From contig CAYUII010000001.1 of NCBI GenBank assembly GCA_964444785.1, positions 1,858 through 65,857 on the forward strand: a DNA stretch of 64,000 nucleotides, given 5' to 3'. The DNA comes from an uncultured Bacteroidales bacterium. Its GTDB lineage: Bacteria; Bacteroidota; Bacteroidia; Bacteroidales; TTA-H9. The notes beneath the pieces are model-generated. The model searched no databases. It was not told the origin of the DNA and saw nothing but the letters and a program-made list of their open reading frames with translations. Every line of letters begins with the position of its first letter. Position 1 is the first letter of the stretch. A program made the position numbers and the translations under genes. Positions 19,592-30,900 of the stretch are shown one piece after another.

Positions 19592-21493
19592 ATGAGCGAA
19601 TCAATTAAACATGAATGCGGGATTGCATTTATTCGACTGAGAAAGAAACCTGAATACTACCTCAACAAGTACGGTACAGCGTTTTATGCATTAAATAAAC
19701 TTCATCTTCTGATGGAGAAGCAGCATAATAGAGGACAAGATGGGGCTGGAGTTGCTTGTATCAAAATAGATCCGCCCCAAGGCTTTAGGTATATTAATCG
19801 GGTCAGATCTAACAGTTCGACTCCAATCAAAGATGTTTTTAATACTATCTATGAAAAATTCACTATCTTAAAAGAGAAAAATCCGGCTCGTCTTTTAGAT
19901 CCGCAATGGTTAAAGTTAAACCAAGAGTTTACAGGAGAAGTTTTTCTAGGTCATCTTCGATATGGAACTTTTGGTAAAAACAATATTCTAAATATTCATC
20001 CTTTTGTTAGAGAGAATAATTGGATTACTAGAAACCTTGTTTTAGCAGGGAACTTTAATCTAACTAATGTAGATGAGTTGTTTCAGAAATTAGTTGAATT
20101 GGGACAATATCCGGTAGAAACCTCGGATACAGTAACTATTTTAGAGAAGATTGGGCACTTTTTGGACGATGAAAATGAACGAATTTTCAAACAGTTTAAA
20201 GCTCAAGGACTGCCAAATAAAGAAATTAGCCATCAAATTGCTGAAACCATAGATATGGGGAAAATTCTTCAGCAATCTTCAGAAAATTGGGATGGAGGTT
20301 ATGTTATGGCAGGAATGCTTGGACATGGAGATGCCTTCATTTTAAGAGATCCAGCTGGAATAAGGCCGGCTTTTTACTATGCTGATGAAGAAGTAGTTGT
20401 TGCAGCCTCTGAGCGCCCTGTGATTCAAACCACGTTTAACTTGCGAGAAGAACAAATCAAAGAACTTTCTCCTGGGTCAGCTCTTTTAGTTAAAAAGAAC
20501 GGTCAATTTCATATTGCTCAAATTAATGAGCCAATTGAAAAGAAGCCTTGCTCCTTTGAACGTATCTATTTTAGTCGAGGAACTGATAAAGATATCTATA
20601 ACGAACGAAAGCGTCTTGGTCAGCTACTTACACCGTCTATTCTAAAAAAAGTAGATTACGATTTAGTTAACACCGTCTTTTCTTATATTCCCAACACCGC
20701 CATTGATGCCTATCATGGATTAACCGAAGGGCTGCATGAGTTTTGCAATAAGATCAAATCAGAAAAAGTACTTGCTCTAGGTTCAGATATAGATCCGGTC
20801 AAACTTCGGGAGATTTTAAGCATTATGCCTAGGATGGAAAAAGTTGCAGTAAAAGACATTAAACTTAGAACATTCATTACCGAAGATAATAAACGTGATG
20901 ATTTAGTAGCTCATGTCTATGATGTAACTTATGGAGTGATTAAAAGAGATACAGATTCCCTTGTTGTGTTGGATGACTCCATTGTTAGGGGTACCACATT
21001 AAAGCAATCTATTCTTAGGATCTTAGACCGATTAGGGCCAAAACATATAGTTATTACCTCTTCAGCACCGCAGATAAGATATCCCGACTGCTACGGAATT
21101 GATATGGCCAAATTAGGCGATTTTATCGCCTTTAAAGCAACGATCGAGCTCCTTAAGGACCACAAGCTTGATCACATCATAAACGACGTTTATAAGCGAT
21201 GTAAAGCTCAAGAAGGCCTACATCGCACTGAAATCAAAAATTTCGTTAAAGAGATTTACAAGCCATTTTCAGCAGAAGAAATTTCCGACAAAATTGCTGA
21301 GATTATTACACCCCCAGATTTAAACGCAAAAGTTAGCATTGTTTATCAATCGATAGAAAATCTTCATGCTGCCATTCCAAATCATAAAGGAGATTGGTAT
21401 TTCACTGGTGACTATCCTACTCCTGGAGGGAACAAGGTGGTCAATAAAGCTTTCATAAATTATATTGAAGGGAAAGATACTCGAGCCTATTAA
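19592..21493 (+). CDS. purF: Amidophosphoribosyltransferase (long Bacteroidota form; class II glutamine amidotransferase + PRTase)
   Basis: N-terminal nucleophile context HECGIAFIRL, Ntn-GATase core (GHLRYGTFG) and PRTase loop (LVVLDDSIVRGTTL). Confidence 0.85.
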   Translation: MSESIKHECGIAFIRLRKKPEYYLNKYGTAFYALNKLHLLMEKQHNRGQDGAGVACIKIDPPQGFRYINRVRSNSSTPIKDVFNTIYEKFTILKEKNPARLLDPQWLKLNQEFTGEVFLGHLRYGTFGKNNILNIHPFVRENNWITRNLVLAGNFNLTNVDELFQKLVELGQYPVETSDTVTILEKIGHFLDDENERIFKQFKAQGLPNKEISHQIAETIDMGKILQQSSENWDGGYVMAGMLGHGDAFILRDPAGIRPAFYYADEEVVVAASERPVIQTTFNLREEQIKELSPGSALLVKKNGQFHIAQINEPIEKKPCSFERIYFSRGTDKDIYNERKRLGQLLTPSILKKVDYDLVNTVFSYIPNTAIDAYHGLTEGLHEFCNKIKSEKVLALGSDIDPVKLREILSIMPRMEKVAVKDIKLRTFITEDNKRDDLVAHVYDVTYGVIKRDTDSLVVLDDSIVRGTTLKQSILRILDRLGPKHIVITSSAPQIRYPDCYGIDMAKLGDFIAFKATIELLKDHKLDHIINDVYKRCKAQEGLHRTEIKNFVKEIYKPFSAEEISDKIAEIITPPDLNAKVSIVYQSIENLHAAIPNHKGDWYFTGDYPTPGGNKVVNKAFINYIEGKDTRAY

Positions 21494-21523
21494 CACTCGA
21501 GCCTTTTAGCAGAAATGGAGAAA

Positions 21524-21572
21524 AAAAGAAAGAGGCCGGCTTAAGTAACTTATAAGCCGGCCTCTTTCTTTT
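21524..21572. terminator. Bidirectional intrinsic terminator between purF and the HIT gene
   Basis: Perfect stem of at least 16 bp (gaaagaggccggctta/taagccggcctctttc), flanked by an A-run on the left and a T-run on the right. Confidence 0.88.
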
Positions 21573-21577
21573 ATTTT

Positions 21578-21988
21578 TTAAAGCTCTGTGCATAAGTCTA
21601 CCCGTTTTGAAATTGCTTCAACTAACTCATGAAATCTTTGCGAAGTCAATTTAAGTTTTTCACGCTTAAAATCGATATCGTAAACGCTATTGATTGGTAC
21701 TAAATGAATGTGTGCATGTGGCACCTCCAAACCTAAAACTGCGACTCCAATTTTCTTACAGGGGATAACTTGCTCGATACCCTTGGCAACCTTTTGCGCA
21801 AATTTCATCATCTCGCCAAGTTGATCGGCAGGGATATCAAAGATGTAATCTATCTCCTGCTTTGGAATAACCAAGGTATGACCCTCTGCTAAAGGATTAA
21901 TATCCAAAAAGGCAATAAAATGATCATTTTCGGCAACTTTATAAGAAGGGATCTCGCCAGTTACAATTTTCGAAAAAATACCTGCCAT
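21578..21988 (-). CDS. HIT family (Hint-like) nucleotide hydrolase
   Basis: Histidine triad HAHIHLVP, plus HTLVIPK. Confidence 0.9.
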   Translation of the reverse strand: MAGIFSKIVTGEIPSYKVAENDHFIAFLDINPLAEGHTLVIPKQEIDYIFDIPADQLGEMMKFAQKVAKGIEQVIPCKKIGVAVLGLEVPHAHIHLVPINSVYDIDFKREKLKLTSQRFHELVEAISKRVDLCTEL

Positions 21989-21999
21989 GACAGAAATAA

Positions 22000-22473
22000 T
22001 TAGCGTGTTATCTCAATAATCTCAAATGTAATTGTTCCAGCAGGGGCGGAAACATCAGCCAGCTCTCCGACTTTCTTTCCAAGGAGTCCTTTAGCAATAG
22101 GAGAACTAACAGATATTTTGCCTGCCTTTAGATTAGCTTCACTTTCAGGAACAATCTCATACTCCATAATCATTCCATTAGCTTTGTTTTTAATCTTTAC
22201 TTTACAAAGCAATAAAACTTTGGATGAGTCTAGTTTACTCTCATCTACGATACGAGCATTCATAATAAGATCCTGGAGCTTAGCTATTTTGATTTCTAGC
22301 AAGCCTTGTTGGTCTTTAGCTGCATCATATTCAGCGTTTTCTGACAGATCACCTTTGTCGCGAGCTTCAGCAATCATTGCACTAATTCTCGGTCGTTCAA
22401 CCGAAATTAATCGATCTAATTGATCTTTAAGAGCCTGTAGGCCCTCTTTGGTGTAATACTTAACTTCTCCCAT
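22000..22473 (-). CDS. greA: Transcription elongation factor GreA
   Basis: 157 aa. N-terminal coiled coil with DLSENAEYDAAK and a C-terminal FKBP-like domain (VSSPIAKGLLGKKVGE). Confidence 0.94.
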   Translation of the reverse strand: MGEVKYYTKEGLQALKDQLDRLISVERPRISAMIAEARDKGDLSENAEYDAAKDQQGLLEIKIAKLQDLIMNARIVDESKLDSSKVLLLCKVKIKNKANGMIMEYEIVPESEANLKAGKISVSSPIAKGLLGKKVGELADVSAPAGTITFEIIEITR

Positions 22474-22506
22474 GATGGATAAAAGATATGCATATGGATA
22501 ATAAAC

Positions 22507-22540
22507 AGAAGAAGACCCTTCCGAGAAAGGGCCCTCTTCT
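22507..22540 (-). terminator. Hairpin downstream of the PorV-like gene, probable operon terminator
   Basis: On the minus strand, agaaga...tcttct (6 bp) plus an inner ccc/ggg stem is followed by tgtttatt. It starts about 25 nt after the stop codon at 22565. Confidence 0.5.
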
Positions 22541-22544
22541 ATTA

Positions 22545-22552
22545 CAAAGATA
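22545..22552 (-). promoter_or_regulatory. Bacteroidota -7 promoter box for greA
   Basis: TATCTTTG on the minus strand (caaagata on plus). Confidence 0.4.
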
Positions 22553-22564
22553 GTATAATTTTCG

Positions 22565-23668
22565 TTACAACGAAATTCTTACTCCGATAGAATGAGTTCC
22601 ATCAAAGTGTGCAGTAGGTCTGTATGAATAATCGATACCAATACTACTACCTTTTTCCTTGTTTAAAGGAGCTTGGATACTAATACCAGCATTAAATCCT
22701 GAAGCGGCTGTATAACGCTCATAGGATTCAATATCCTTACTAATTCCATCCTCGTAAACATAACCGGCGCGAAGCATGACATAATCTTGATAAGAATATT
22801 CAGCTCCAATACCAAATTGGTCGTTAGTAAAGGCATTTGATTGGAAATTACCAGCTAACGTGAGTCGGTTCTTCATAAAGAGGAAATCATACGAAGCTCC
22901 CATAGCAAGCGTAGTAGGCATTTCAAATTCAGCAGCTGGAGTAAGCATAGCGTATTCGCCATTGATATCAGCCTGACGCTCTACCTTTTCAATAAAGCCA
23001 TCGCCGCTAAATGACATACGTGGGCCGATGTTTTTCAGAGTAATACCGAATTTAATGTTCTCCTCATCACCGGTGATGTATTGAATACCTGCATCCAAGG
23101 CAACGCCACCAGCAGAGATATCAGCAATACTTTCATTAATAATTCTAATGGTGAAACCACCAAAGATTGAATTAGAGAAAGCCCGTGCATAACTGATAGC
23201 AACATTCATTAAGCTTGGTGAAAAGGTACCGATACCTCCTTCAGGAAGTTCAGGACGAGTATACTCAATATCACCTGCAGACATACTGGTAATGCTCATA
23301 CCTAGTACTCCTTGTTCACCAACTCTTTGAAGAAATCCAAAAGCAGCGATATTAATATCCGAGCCTTTCATCCAGGTTGTATGAGAAAAGTTTAGCTCTG
23401 TGCTTTTGGTATGGGCTATCCCTGCAACATTAACAAACATTGCATCCAATCCTTTAACTGAAGAAGTATTAATTCCTCCCCAGCCACTTGATTTAGCCCA
23501 AGGATTGATCAGTAGCTCATTTGCTCCTGCCTGACCAGATCTGTCTTTATTACCCGCCAGTGCCTGGTGTTCAGGTAATACACATAACCCAGCGATGACA
23601 ATGGCAATTAAGTATCTATAAAAGTTTTTCATACCCATTGATTTAAATGTTTTTAACTGCGTTTTCAT
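22565..23668 (-). CDS. PorV/PorQ-like (FadL-type) outer-membrane beta-barrel protein
   Basis: Signal peptide (start may be the internal MKNFYRY at 23632). N-terminal motif AGANELLINPWAKSSGWGG...MFVNVAGIA resembles the PorV/PorQ family signature. Alternating beta-strand pattern. Ends HSIGVRISL. Confidence 0.65.
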   Translation of the reverse strand: MKTQLKTFKSMGMKNFYRYLIAIVIAGLCVLPEHQALAGNKDRSGQAGANELLINPWAKSSGWGGINTSSVKGLDAMFVNVAGIAHTKSTELNFSHTTWMKGSDINIAAFGFLQRVGEQGVLGMSITSMSAGDIEYTRPELPEGGIGTFSPSLMNVAISYARAFSNSIFGGFTIRIINESIADISAGGVALDAGIQYITGDEENIKFGITLKNIGPRMSFSGDGFIEKVERQADINGEYAMLTPAAEFEMPTTLAMGASYDFLFMKNRLTLAGNFQSNAFTNDQFGIGAEYSYQDYVMLRAGYVYEDGISKDIESYERYTAASGFNAGISIQAPLNKEKGSSIGIDYSYRPTAHFDGTHSIGVRISL

Positions 23669-23680
23669 CTGTCTGAGCTA

Positions 23681-26600
23681 TTAGAATGAATTCAGGTCAA
23701 CAGGACGCATAGTTCCAAACCATCTGAGGATACGTTCACCGGCCTCAGTTTTTACGTGTACCAAATATAGGCCACCACTGATAGGAATTCCAGCAAAGTT
23801 TTTCAGATCCCATTCAATCTCAGGAACATCGCTATCTTTAGTAAACTGACGTAACAAAGTACCATTGACAGAGTAAATAGTTACAGTACACTTACGAGGA
23901 AGTGCTGTTACTTTAACCTTATTCTGTAATGTATTGTTATCATAAGTTGAATAGCTGTAATATGGATTTGGAACAATTTTAATTTTATCAAGATCTGATA
24001 CAGCCTTTTCAGGATCGTTTGCCTGATATTCCATCCCTTCAGTACTGAAGTTATAGAGTGGCCACATATCATTTACAGGGCTGTAGCTTGAAGCAGCAAC
24101 ATCGAAAGGCAGACTAAAGTATCGTCTGTAAGGTTTAGCTACTCTGATTTGGAATTTAACATCAGAACTTAACCATGAATTGGCAGGTAAAGATGAATTA
24201 GAAGAGAGTAAACCAACCCATTGAGTTGTGCCGTAGAATGATTCGAATGCTTTCTTTTTAAATCCTTGGTTGCTAATTGCGCTATAATCATTGAGTAATT
24301 GACCTAACTTCTTACAATCGTCATAAGCAGGACTTTCAAATTTATAGCTACCAACAGCTGTACGCTCTGTAGCTGTACCCATCACATAAATGTAATGCAT
24401 ACCGCCAAAAGCGATACCACCACTTACGCCTTCATAAATATCTCCTGAAGGATTATAAAGCATGTCGCGTCCATTCTGCTTAACCAAGAAACTGTTTTCA
24501 CCAAACATTAGATTTAGTCTTTCACCAGTCTCTACGTTAATTGCATAACCTGGGAACCAACCGTAACCTGTTTCTCCCATGTAGTTAGGATCTTCTGGAT
24601 TAGTACTGACACCTGATCCGGGAACAGCCTGTTTACCATTTTTGTCCACAGAAAGACCCTTACGTGCTTCAAATGCCTTAGCACCACCTTCTGAAAGTGT
24701 TGCATCGTTACACATTTCGATAACTAATGCACGTGACCATTTTGATTTATCAGCAGTAAAGACAATATCAACACTCTGTAAACCTTCCATTGAAGCTACA
24801 CTGAAACGAGAACCCTTATTATAACCAGGGCCATAGGTAGTATTATTACTACTTCCATCTCTGTCGGCAACTAAAGGATATGGAGCCCAGCTACCTTCAT
24901 AGATCTTTTCGAAATCTTCTCCTGGATCTAAAAAGACACGGGGTTCAGAACCAGTAAAGGCATCATCATTACTCGGCTCAACGTCGTCGAAGTAAGTACC
25001 TGAACGAATCCAGTTCTGCGGACTAGATGGGGTTGTTTCATCACCAATTGGTAGCAACCATGGAGAAGTAGCATCTAAACCAGAAACAGTCCAACCAATA
25101 AAACCATTAGCGCTATACGCACCTTCTGGACCTGGATCTGGAATCTGAGTAATATGAACTGACAAGCCTAGGTCAAGAATAAGCTGATCATTGTCAACAG
25201 AAATCGTGGTGTCAGATTTATAAACTTCGCCAGTTGAGAGATCAGTTAACTCCCAACGAGCCTTAGTTATCAGATTATTATTTGCAGTACCATCAGTAAA
25301 TCTAACATTGTATTTACCATTTTTAACCTTTAATGGGTCAACTACTTTAATGGTTAATGGAGAGTAACCCTTTTCATAAGTAGGTTGGTAAACGATAGGA
25401 TAATTTGGATCACCAAGGCTTACACCATCTTGTAGCGGACCTTTTGCTAATACATTATCAACAGAAGCTTGATCCATTACTAAGAAGTTACCACCATTAC
25501 CTTGACCTTCAATACGGGTCATAGATGGAACATCATTGTATTCAGAAGAAACGATATCTCCATTCACAATTTGATGAGGCATTGCAGTATATACCTGAAT
25601 ATTACGACGACCTGCTAGGTAAGGTTTCTTTTGACCTACAGGAGGATTAGGATCGCTAGGATCATAAGTTTTGAAATTATTATAAGCATAAGCAACTACC
25701 ATATAGTAATACTGCTTATGATTAACGAGATTACGATCACCAGTAGCAAATAAATCTTCGGTAACAACAAAACTATGCTCAACTCCAGCATCGCCACCTT
25801 CAACCATAACTTGTGGTACTTCATAACCGATTTTCTCATCAGCATTAAAGTTTACCAGTTTCCCAACACCATTTTTAATGTCATACTGAGCAACTAAACG
25901 AGCTTTAGCGACATCATAAATGCTCTCAACAGAAACTTGAGAGTTAGCCAATTGGAAAATCTGATAACCTTCGAAACGGAAATACGGATCTCCAACAACA
26001 ATTGAAGGATCTTTTTCAATATAACCTTCTAGATAGTTATTGCTTGACTTTTTATTTGTCAAATAAATAATAACCTTTTTATCGAGCTCACGAATAGTCA
26101 TGTCAGGAGCATCGGGTCCATCAAGAACTTTAAAGCAGTTATCGAATAGAGCCTGACATTTATCGTCTACAACACGAAGAAGTTCAACTGATGCAAAAGC
26201 ACCACCACTTACGGCACGAGCCCAAGGCACACCAAAAGTGATATAGTTAACAGCACCTGGTTTCAGAGTGAAAGGACCAGCTGATTGCATGAAACGGCGG
26301 TCAGCAGGGTTATTACCTGATTCCTTCTCCGTCCAATACTTACCATTCTGGTTATAACCACCGCCCGGAGGTGTTCCTTGTGTACCCCAATTACATGGGT
26401 CAGAATCACCTGGGAACATAAAGTCAGTAGCTGGACCAACAGTACCGGTGTTGAACGCATCACCACCATATTGCATCAAAGCATTATTTTTCCAAATACC
26501 ACGTAGGTAGTTATAATATTGAGCACCTGTTTTAGGGTCTCCCTTATCAGAACCATCGTTATTAAAGTATAAGAATCTGCGCATACCGAAACGCTCATCA

Positions 26601-27955
26601 TCCTTAATACCATTACCGAAGTTTACACCATTGATAGCCTCAGATCTAACTAAGAATTGGCCAGTCTTCTGTGCATTCTCGGGACCATAAGTAAAGTTTA
26701 ATAAAGTTCCATTCTGAGTTACGATCGAACAATCCCCTTTATATGAAGGACCGTTGATACCGTCGCCACTGAATGAAGGATTATCATAACCATCAGGATC
26801 CATATAAGGTCCTTGGAAGAAGTCGATACCTACGGCAGGAGGTTGGCTTCCATAGCTCTTCAACTCACCACTACCATCAGTATCCTTACCATTATAAGCA
26901 TAACCCATACCACGATTAACATCACAACCGACATAGTCATCGTTTTCATAACCTAAGTCTGGGTCAGTCCAAGGTGAGAAATAGGTATCTTTTAAGGTAA
27001 AAGTTGAACGGTTGATGATTTCATAACTATAGAAAGTCATGTTATTGATTTCATCATTAGTAGTAAAAGCGAATGCTTGAGCACGAATTTCCAAGCCAAT
27101 AGGACTGGCATTGGTTTCAGTGTGAACATTACCTTTATCATTAAACACCCACCAGAATGTTTTATCTCCTTTAAGAACTTGGTCACTTAACAAACCACCG
27201 ATAACAGTACCATCATCGGTATCAGGAGTAGTTCTATCACTATGACATAATTCATTAGTTCTATCATAGTAGGGATAATCGCCATCATCGGGATTATAAA
27301 AACCATCTTTATTTCTATCGAAGAAAGGAGCCATGAACCAACTTTGGCCGTCATCACCATGAGCAGGCCAGTTTTTTATAGCATCAGGAATAGAGTAACC
27401 AGGGAACTCATTGGATCTATCCTCACTCTCAAACCATGCGATAAATTGGTCAACCTCAGCTCTACTGATCACAAACAGTTTGTCCCATTTAGAGCAAACA
27501 TCAGCAGAAATAGATGCGGTTCCATCAACAGTCAATGGACCGGTCCAAAAGTCAACTCCACCATTCAGATCTGGTCCTTGGCGGAAACGTTGAGCAGCCA
27601 CTTTAAGCTGATCATTAACGTCAACACCACCGATCCAAAGAGCACCGGCAAACAATGATGTTTTGGAACTATTTGCAGGAATATAGTACATTGGACCAAC
27701 ACCACCTCCAACATCCCACCACAAGTCACCACCGGTATTAACACGGCCTCTGACATTATTCACATCTAACATTTGGAAACCTGACGCAGCAGTACAACCA
27801 GCAGCATTGCCAGCCTTGACTGTCTTAGTCGATTTCGAAGTGCCGATGAATTCGCGTGCTTCTAGGCTGGTGGTTCCTACCAGCCACACTATTGCAAGAA
27901 GCAGAATTCGATAATAATTTTTCATATTAAATGCGTTTATTCTTTTCAATTTCAA
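23681..27955 (-). CDS. 1424-aa secreted protein of unknown function with T9SS-type C-terminal beta-sandwich
   Basis: Sec signal (MKNYYRILLLAIVWLVGTTSLEA; start may be 27925) with no lipobox. G/D/N/P/W-rich body in which I recognise no catalytic motif. C-terminus IVPNPYYSYS...VTIYSVNGTLLRQF...GGLYLVHVKTE fits a CTD pattern. Confidence 0.8.
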   Translation of the reverse strand: MKLKRINAFNMKNYYRILLLAIVWLVGTTSLEAREFIGTSKSTKTVKAGNAAGCTAASGFQMLDVNNVRGRVNTGGDLWWDVGGGVGPMYYIPANSSKTSLFAGALWIGGVDVNDQLKVAAQRFRQGPDLNGGVDFWTGPLTVDGTASISADVCSKWDKLFVISRAEVDQFIAWFESEDRSNEFPGYSIPDAIKNWPAHGDDGQSWFMAPFFDRNKDGFYNPDDGDYPYYDRTNELCHSDRTTPDTDDGTVIGGLLSDQVLKGDKTFWWVFNDKGNVHTETNASPIGLEIRAQAFAFTTNDEINNMTFYSYEIINRSTFTLKDTYFSPWTDPDLGYENDDYVGCDVNRGMGYAYNGKDTDGSGELKSYGSQPPAVGIDFFQGPYMDPDGYDNPSFSGDGINGPSYKGDCSIVTQNGTLLNFTYGPENAQKTGQFLVRSEAINGVNFGNGIKDDERFGMRRFLYFNNDGSDKGDPKTGAQYYNYLRGIWKNNALMQYGGDAFNTGTVGPATDFMFPGDSDPCNWGTQGTPPGGGYNQNGKYWTEKESGNNPADRRFMQSAGPFTLKPGAVNYITFGVPWARAVSGGAFASVELLRVVDDKCQALFDNCFKVLDGPDAPDMTIRELDKKVIIYLTNKKSSNNYLEGYIEKDPSIVVGDPYFRFEGYQIFQLANSQVSVESIYDVAKARLVAQYDIKNGVGKLVNFNADEKIGYEVPQVMVEGGDAGVEHSFVVTEDLFATGDRNLVNHKQYYYMVVAYAYNNFKTYDPSDPNPPVGQKKPYLAGRRNIQVYTAMPHQIVNGDIVSSEYNDVPSMTRIEGQGNGGNFLVMDQASVDNVLAKGPLQDGVSLGDPNYPIVYQPTYEKGYSPLTIKVVDPLKVKNGKYNVRFTDGTANNNLITKARWELTDLSTGEVYKSDTTISVDNDQLILDLGLSVHITQIPDPGPEGAYSANGFIGWTVSGLDATSPWLLPIGDETTPSSPQNWIRSGTYFDDVEPSNDDAFTGSEPRVFLDPGEDFEKIYEGSWAPYPLVADRDGSSNNTTYGPGYNKGSRFSVASMEGLQSVDIVFTADKSKWSRALVIEMCNDATLSEGGAKAFEARKGLSVDKNGKQAVPGSGVSTNPEDPNYMGETGYGWFPGYAINVETGERLNLMFGENSFLVKQNGRDMLYNPSGDIYEGVSGGIAFGGMHYIYVMGTATERTAVGSYKFESPAYDDCKKLGQLLNDYSAISNQGFKKKAFESFYGTTQWVGLLSSNSSLPANSWLSSDVKFQIRVAKPYRRYFSLPFDVAASSYSPVNDMWPLYNFSTEGMEYQANDPEKAVSDLDKIKIVPNPYYSYSTYDNNTLQNKVKVTALPRKCTVTIYSVNGTLLRQFTKDSDVPEIEWDLKNFAGIPISGGLYLVHVKTEAGERILRWFGTMRPVDLNSF

Positions 27956-27979
27956 GTCCTGACGTAACTTCTATCCGGT

Positions 27980-30900
27980 TTACAGATTGAAAATAGCACC
28001 CAGACGAATGAAACGGGGTGAACTATAGTTACCCGGACGATTTACGAAAATCTGATAGAGTGTACGGAAGGTCTCAGGGTCTAACTGCTCTTCTATTTGA
28101 CGTTGCCATTCAGCAGCTGCTAAATAACCATCATCATTAGCGTTACCTGTTGCAGACCATACTCCCATTACATTCTCAGTTCCAAGTACATTCAATACCT
28201 GTAGATAAACATTGAGGCTTGATTCACGCTTGCCAATCTTGAAGAAGAAATCACGGTCTAAACGAGCATCGACACGGAATTGCCAAGGAAGACGTGAACC
28301 ATAGTAAGAACCTTGCATCAACTGAGTACCACCAGTTATAGCGGAAGTGATGTTCGACTGACGAGTGTAAGGAGTACCTGATCCACCACTAACTGTGATA
28401 TTCAAACCTGTATTTTTAAGAAGTTGTAAAGGAGCTTTCCCTGACTTTTCTCTTTTAATAACAGGACCATTATACTCTTTACCATCGCTAAAACGATAGT
28501 CAAGACTGATATTAATAGCATGACGGCGGTCCCATGCCAATGGGTTAGTGCTACGTAAATTGGGTAAACCTGCGGCAATTAAACTTGCAGCTTGATCGGT
28601 TGATGAACCAGTACCGTCTGCAAATTGTAATGTATAAGATGCACGTAGTGTTACATTGCTAGTCTGACGTAAGTCGTATGTAGCAGTGAACCCCTTAACT
28701 GTACCAAAGTCAATGTTATTATAAGAGGTATAATCACGAGGATAAGCACCATTAAAACGGAAGATCTGAATATCATCACGCATCTCTTTGTAGTATGCAC
28801 TCAAAGTCATTACAGATGATCCAGATAACTTCTGTTTGAAACCTAATTCATAGTCAATCGTCTTGGTAGGTTTCAAATTAGGATTGTTAATAGTACCTGT
28901 CTGCGTATTAAAATAGTAGTAATCGGTTAAGTTAAACCTTAAGCTACTAGTTGGACGCTGAGTTAAGATATCATAGTGAGCAAAGAAAAGAGCCTCTTCT
29001 GAAATTGGGAAAGAGAAGCTAATACGTGGCATAACACTCCATTGTGGATCATAATCTTTAAATGATTCAGCAACTAAGACCTGATTTGAGGGGTCTTTTA
29101 ATAATGGGTTTACACCAGTACCTGCATTTAATAAGTTAGGGTCTTGAATTTCTACCCCAGCTGCATTATACCAAGTTGATCCTGAACGGTAACCCTTGAC
29201 TTGAGTTGGTGTAGATACGTTGTCAACATAAACAACAGCATCGCCAGGGATGTTACTTGGAACATCAATAGTTTTTCCGCCAATTTCAGTTACTTGTCCA
29301 GCACCAATAGTTGGATATAATGAATAAGGATCGTTAAGTACCATCTGATTAGCATCAAAACGGTCAACACGAACACCAATATTAAAGAGAAGATCTTGAT
29401 AGGCGAACTTATCTTGAATGTATCCAGCAATATAGTTAGGCTCAAAAGCAGGAAGTGCACGGATATAATCTCCACTAGAATTTTTAGCATTGAAGAAATC
29501 TTCGAAGCTAGCATTTCCACTTACTTTTTTACCAGTATGATCATAACCATAATAGTTAACATAAGATTGACCTGAATTCAAGAGATCATCGGCGCTAAAT
29601 AGATCTAACGACAGAATATCTTCTCCTAAGGTAACAGTCTTCTTTGCACCATTGGCATCATAGTAACTAATTGATTTGCTAGCAAAATCGTAAGAGTCAA
29701 TATTAATGTAATCCGTTCCATCAACAGGTAAACCCAGTTTAGAACGAAGGTTTCTATCAAAGGTACGTTGAGAAGCGGCATCATACTTACGGTTATAGAC
29801 AACAGTATCAGTAAAGACACCATCTCTCATCTGCATGATTGGATTATTAACATCTAACTGTTCAATATGGAAATTGGTAATCCCACGCATGTGAGTCCAA
29901 AGAGAGATTGCATTTAGGCCGTAATAGCTTTCTTTCTTCTGCTCGTATTGAAGACCGAACTGAATTTCATGGTTTCCAATGTCAGCTGAGAAAGTAGCGT
30001 TAACGCCGAACTGATCGAGTTCATACTTCTGATAACTTCCGAAAGGAGTACCAGGAGCAGCCCACATGTTATAGATTGAACTAGGAACCTGACCATTTAA
30101 TAGACCACCACCTAACTGAACCTGTGTCAAATTTTGATGATTTCCGGTTGTTTCAGGATAGTAGTCATAATAAATAGAAGTATAACGAGCTAAGTCAGGG
30201 TTATAAGATGAAGGGGTAAAGTATACTGCGGTATCTTTAAAACCATTCTGAACATATACATTATTATAGGTAGTACCGTCTACGGTAACTGAACCGCGAG
30301 CGAAAGAAGGAAGAGTATAGATATCATACTTACCAACATGGCCATATTTAAAAACCTCATCACCATGTAACTGACTCTGTACATCTTGTTTGTAACGAGA
30401 GTAGTCAGCTTGAAGTGAATAGTATACGTTTTTAAACAAAGACTTACTTTCTGGATCATTAGCAAAGCGGTGTGTGAAACGACCAAAGACGCGATAGGTC
30501 AATTCTTTTACTTTACCATTGTTTTCCCAGTTAAACAATGAATTACCAAATGAGTAATTAACGTCATCAGAGTAGTTCAAGTTACCACCGATAGTGATAT
30601 TAACACTATTAGATGGCTTAATATCAAACTTAGCAGAGACGTTAGCTGATTTGGAAGTAGCATCGGTTGAGTTATCTACTTTCTCAATCATATCTTTTCC
30701 AAGGAAAGATGCCGATTGATTTGTACCAAAACCTGTTCCGGTAGGAATCAATGGAGTAGCTTTAATTGAAGCTAAAGCATCATCCTTAATTTTATAACGT
30801 CCAATATTTGAAGGTGAGTTATCTCCTTGTGAAAGGAAGTCACCAGCCAAGAAGAAGCCAATTAAAGGCTTACGATTTGAGCTATCGCCTGTCATTACCA

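Noticed and set aside
22474-22564. GraL-like attenuator in the greA leader
   Set aside because: The hairpin at 22507-22540 begins only about 5 nt downstream of the predicted -7 box, so the transcription start would fall inside its 5' arm. It is more simply the terminator of the upstream PorV-like operon.
24642-30486. Short ORFs on both strands inside the 1424-aa gene and the TonB receptor gene
   Set aside because: These are shadow or alternate-frame ORFs nested entirely in long CDSs with coherent domain structure.
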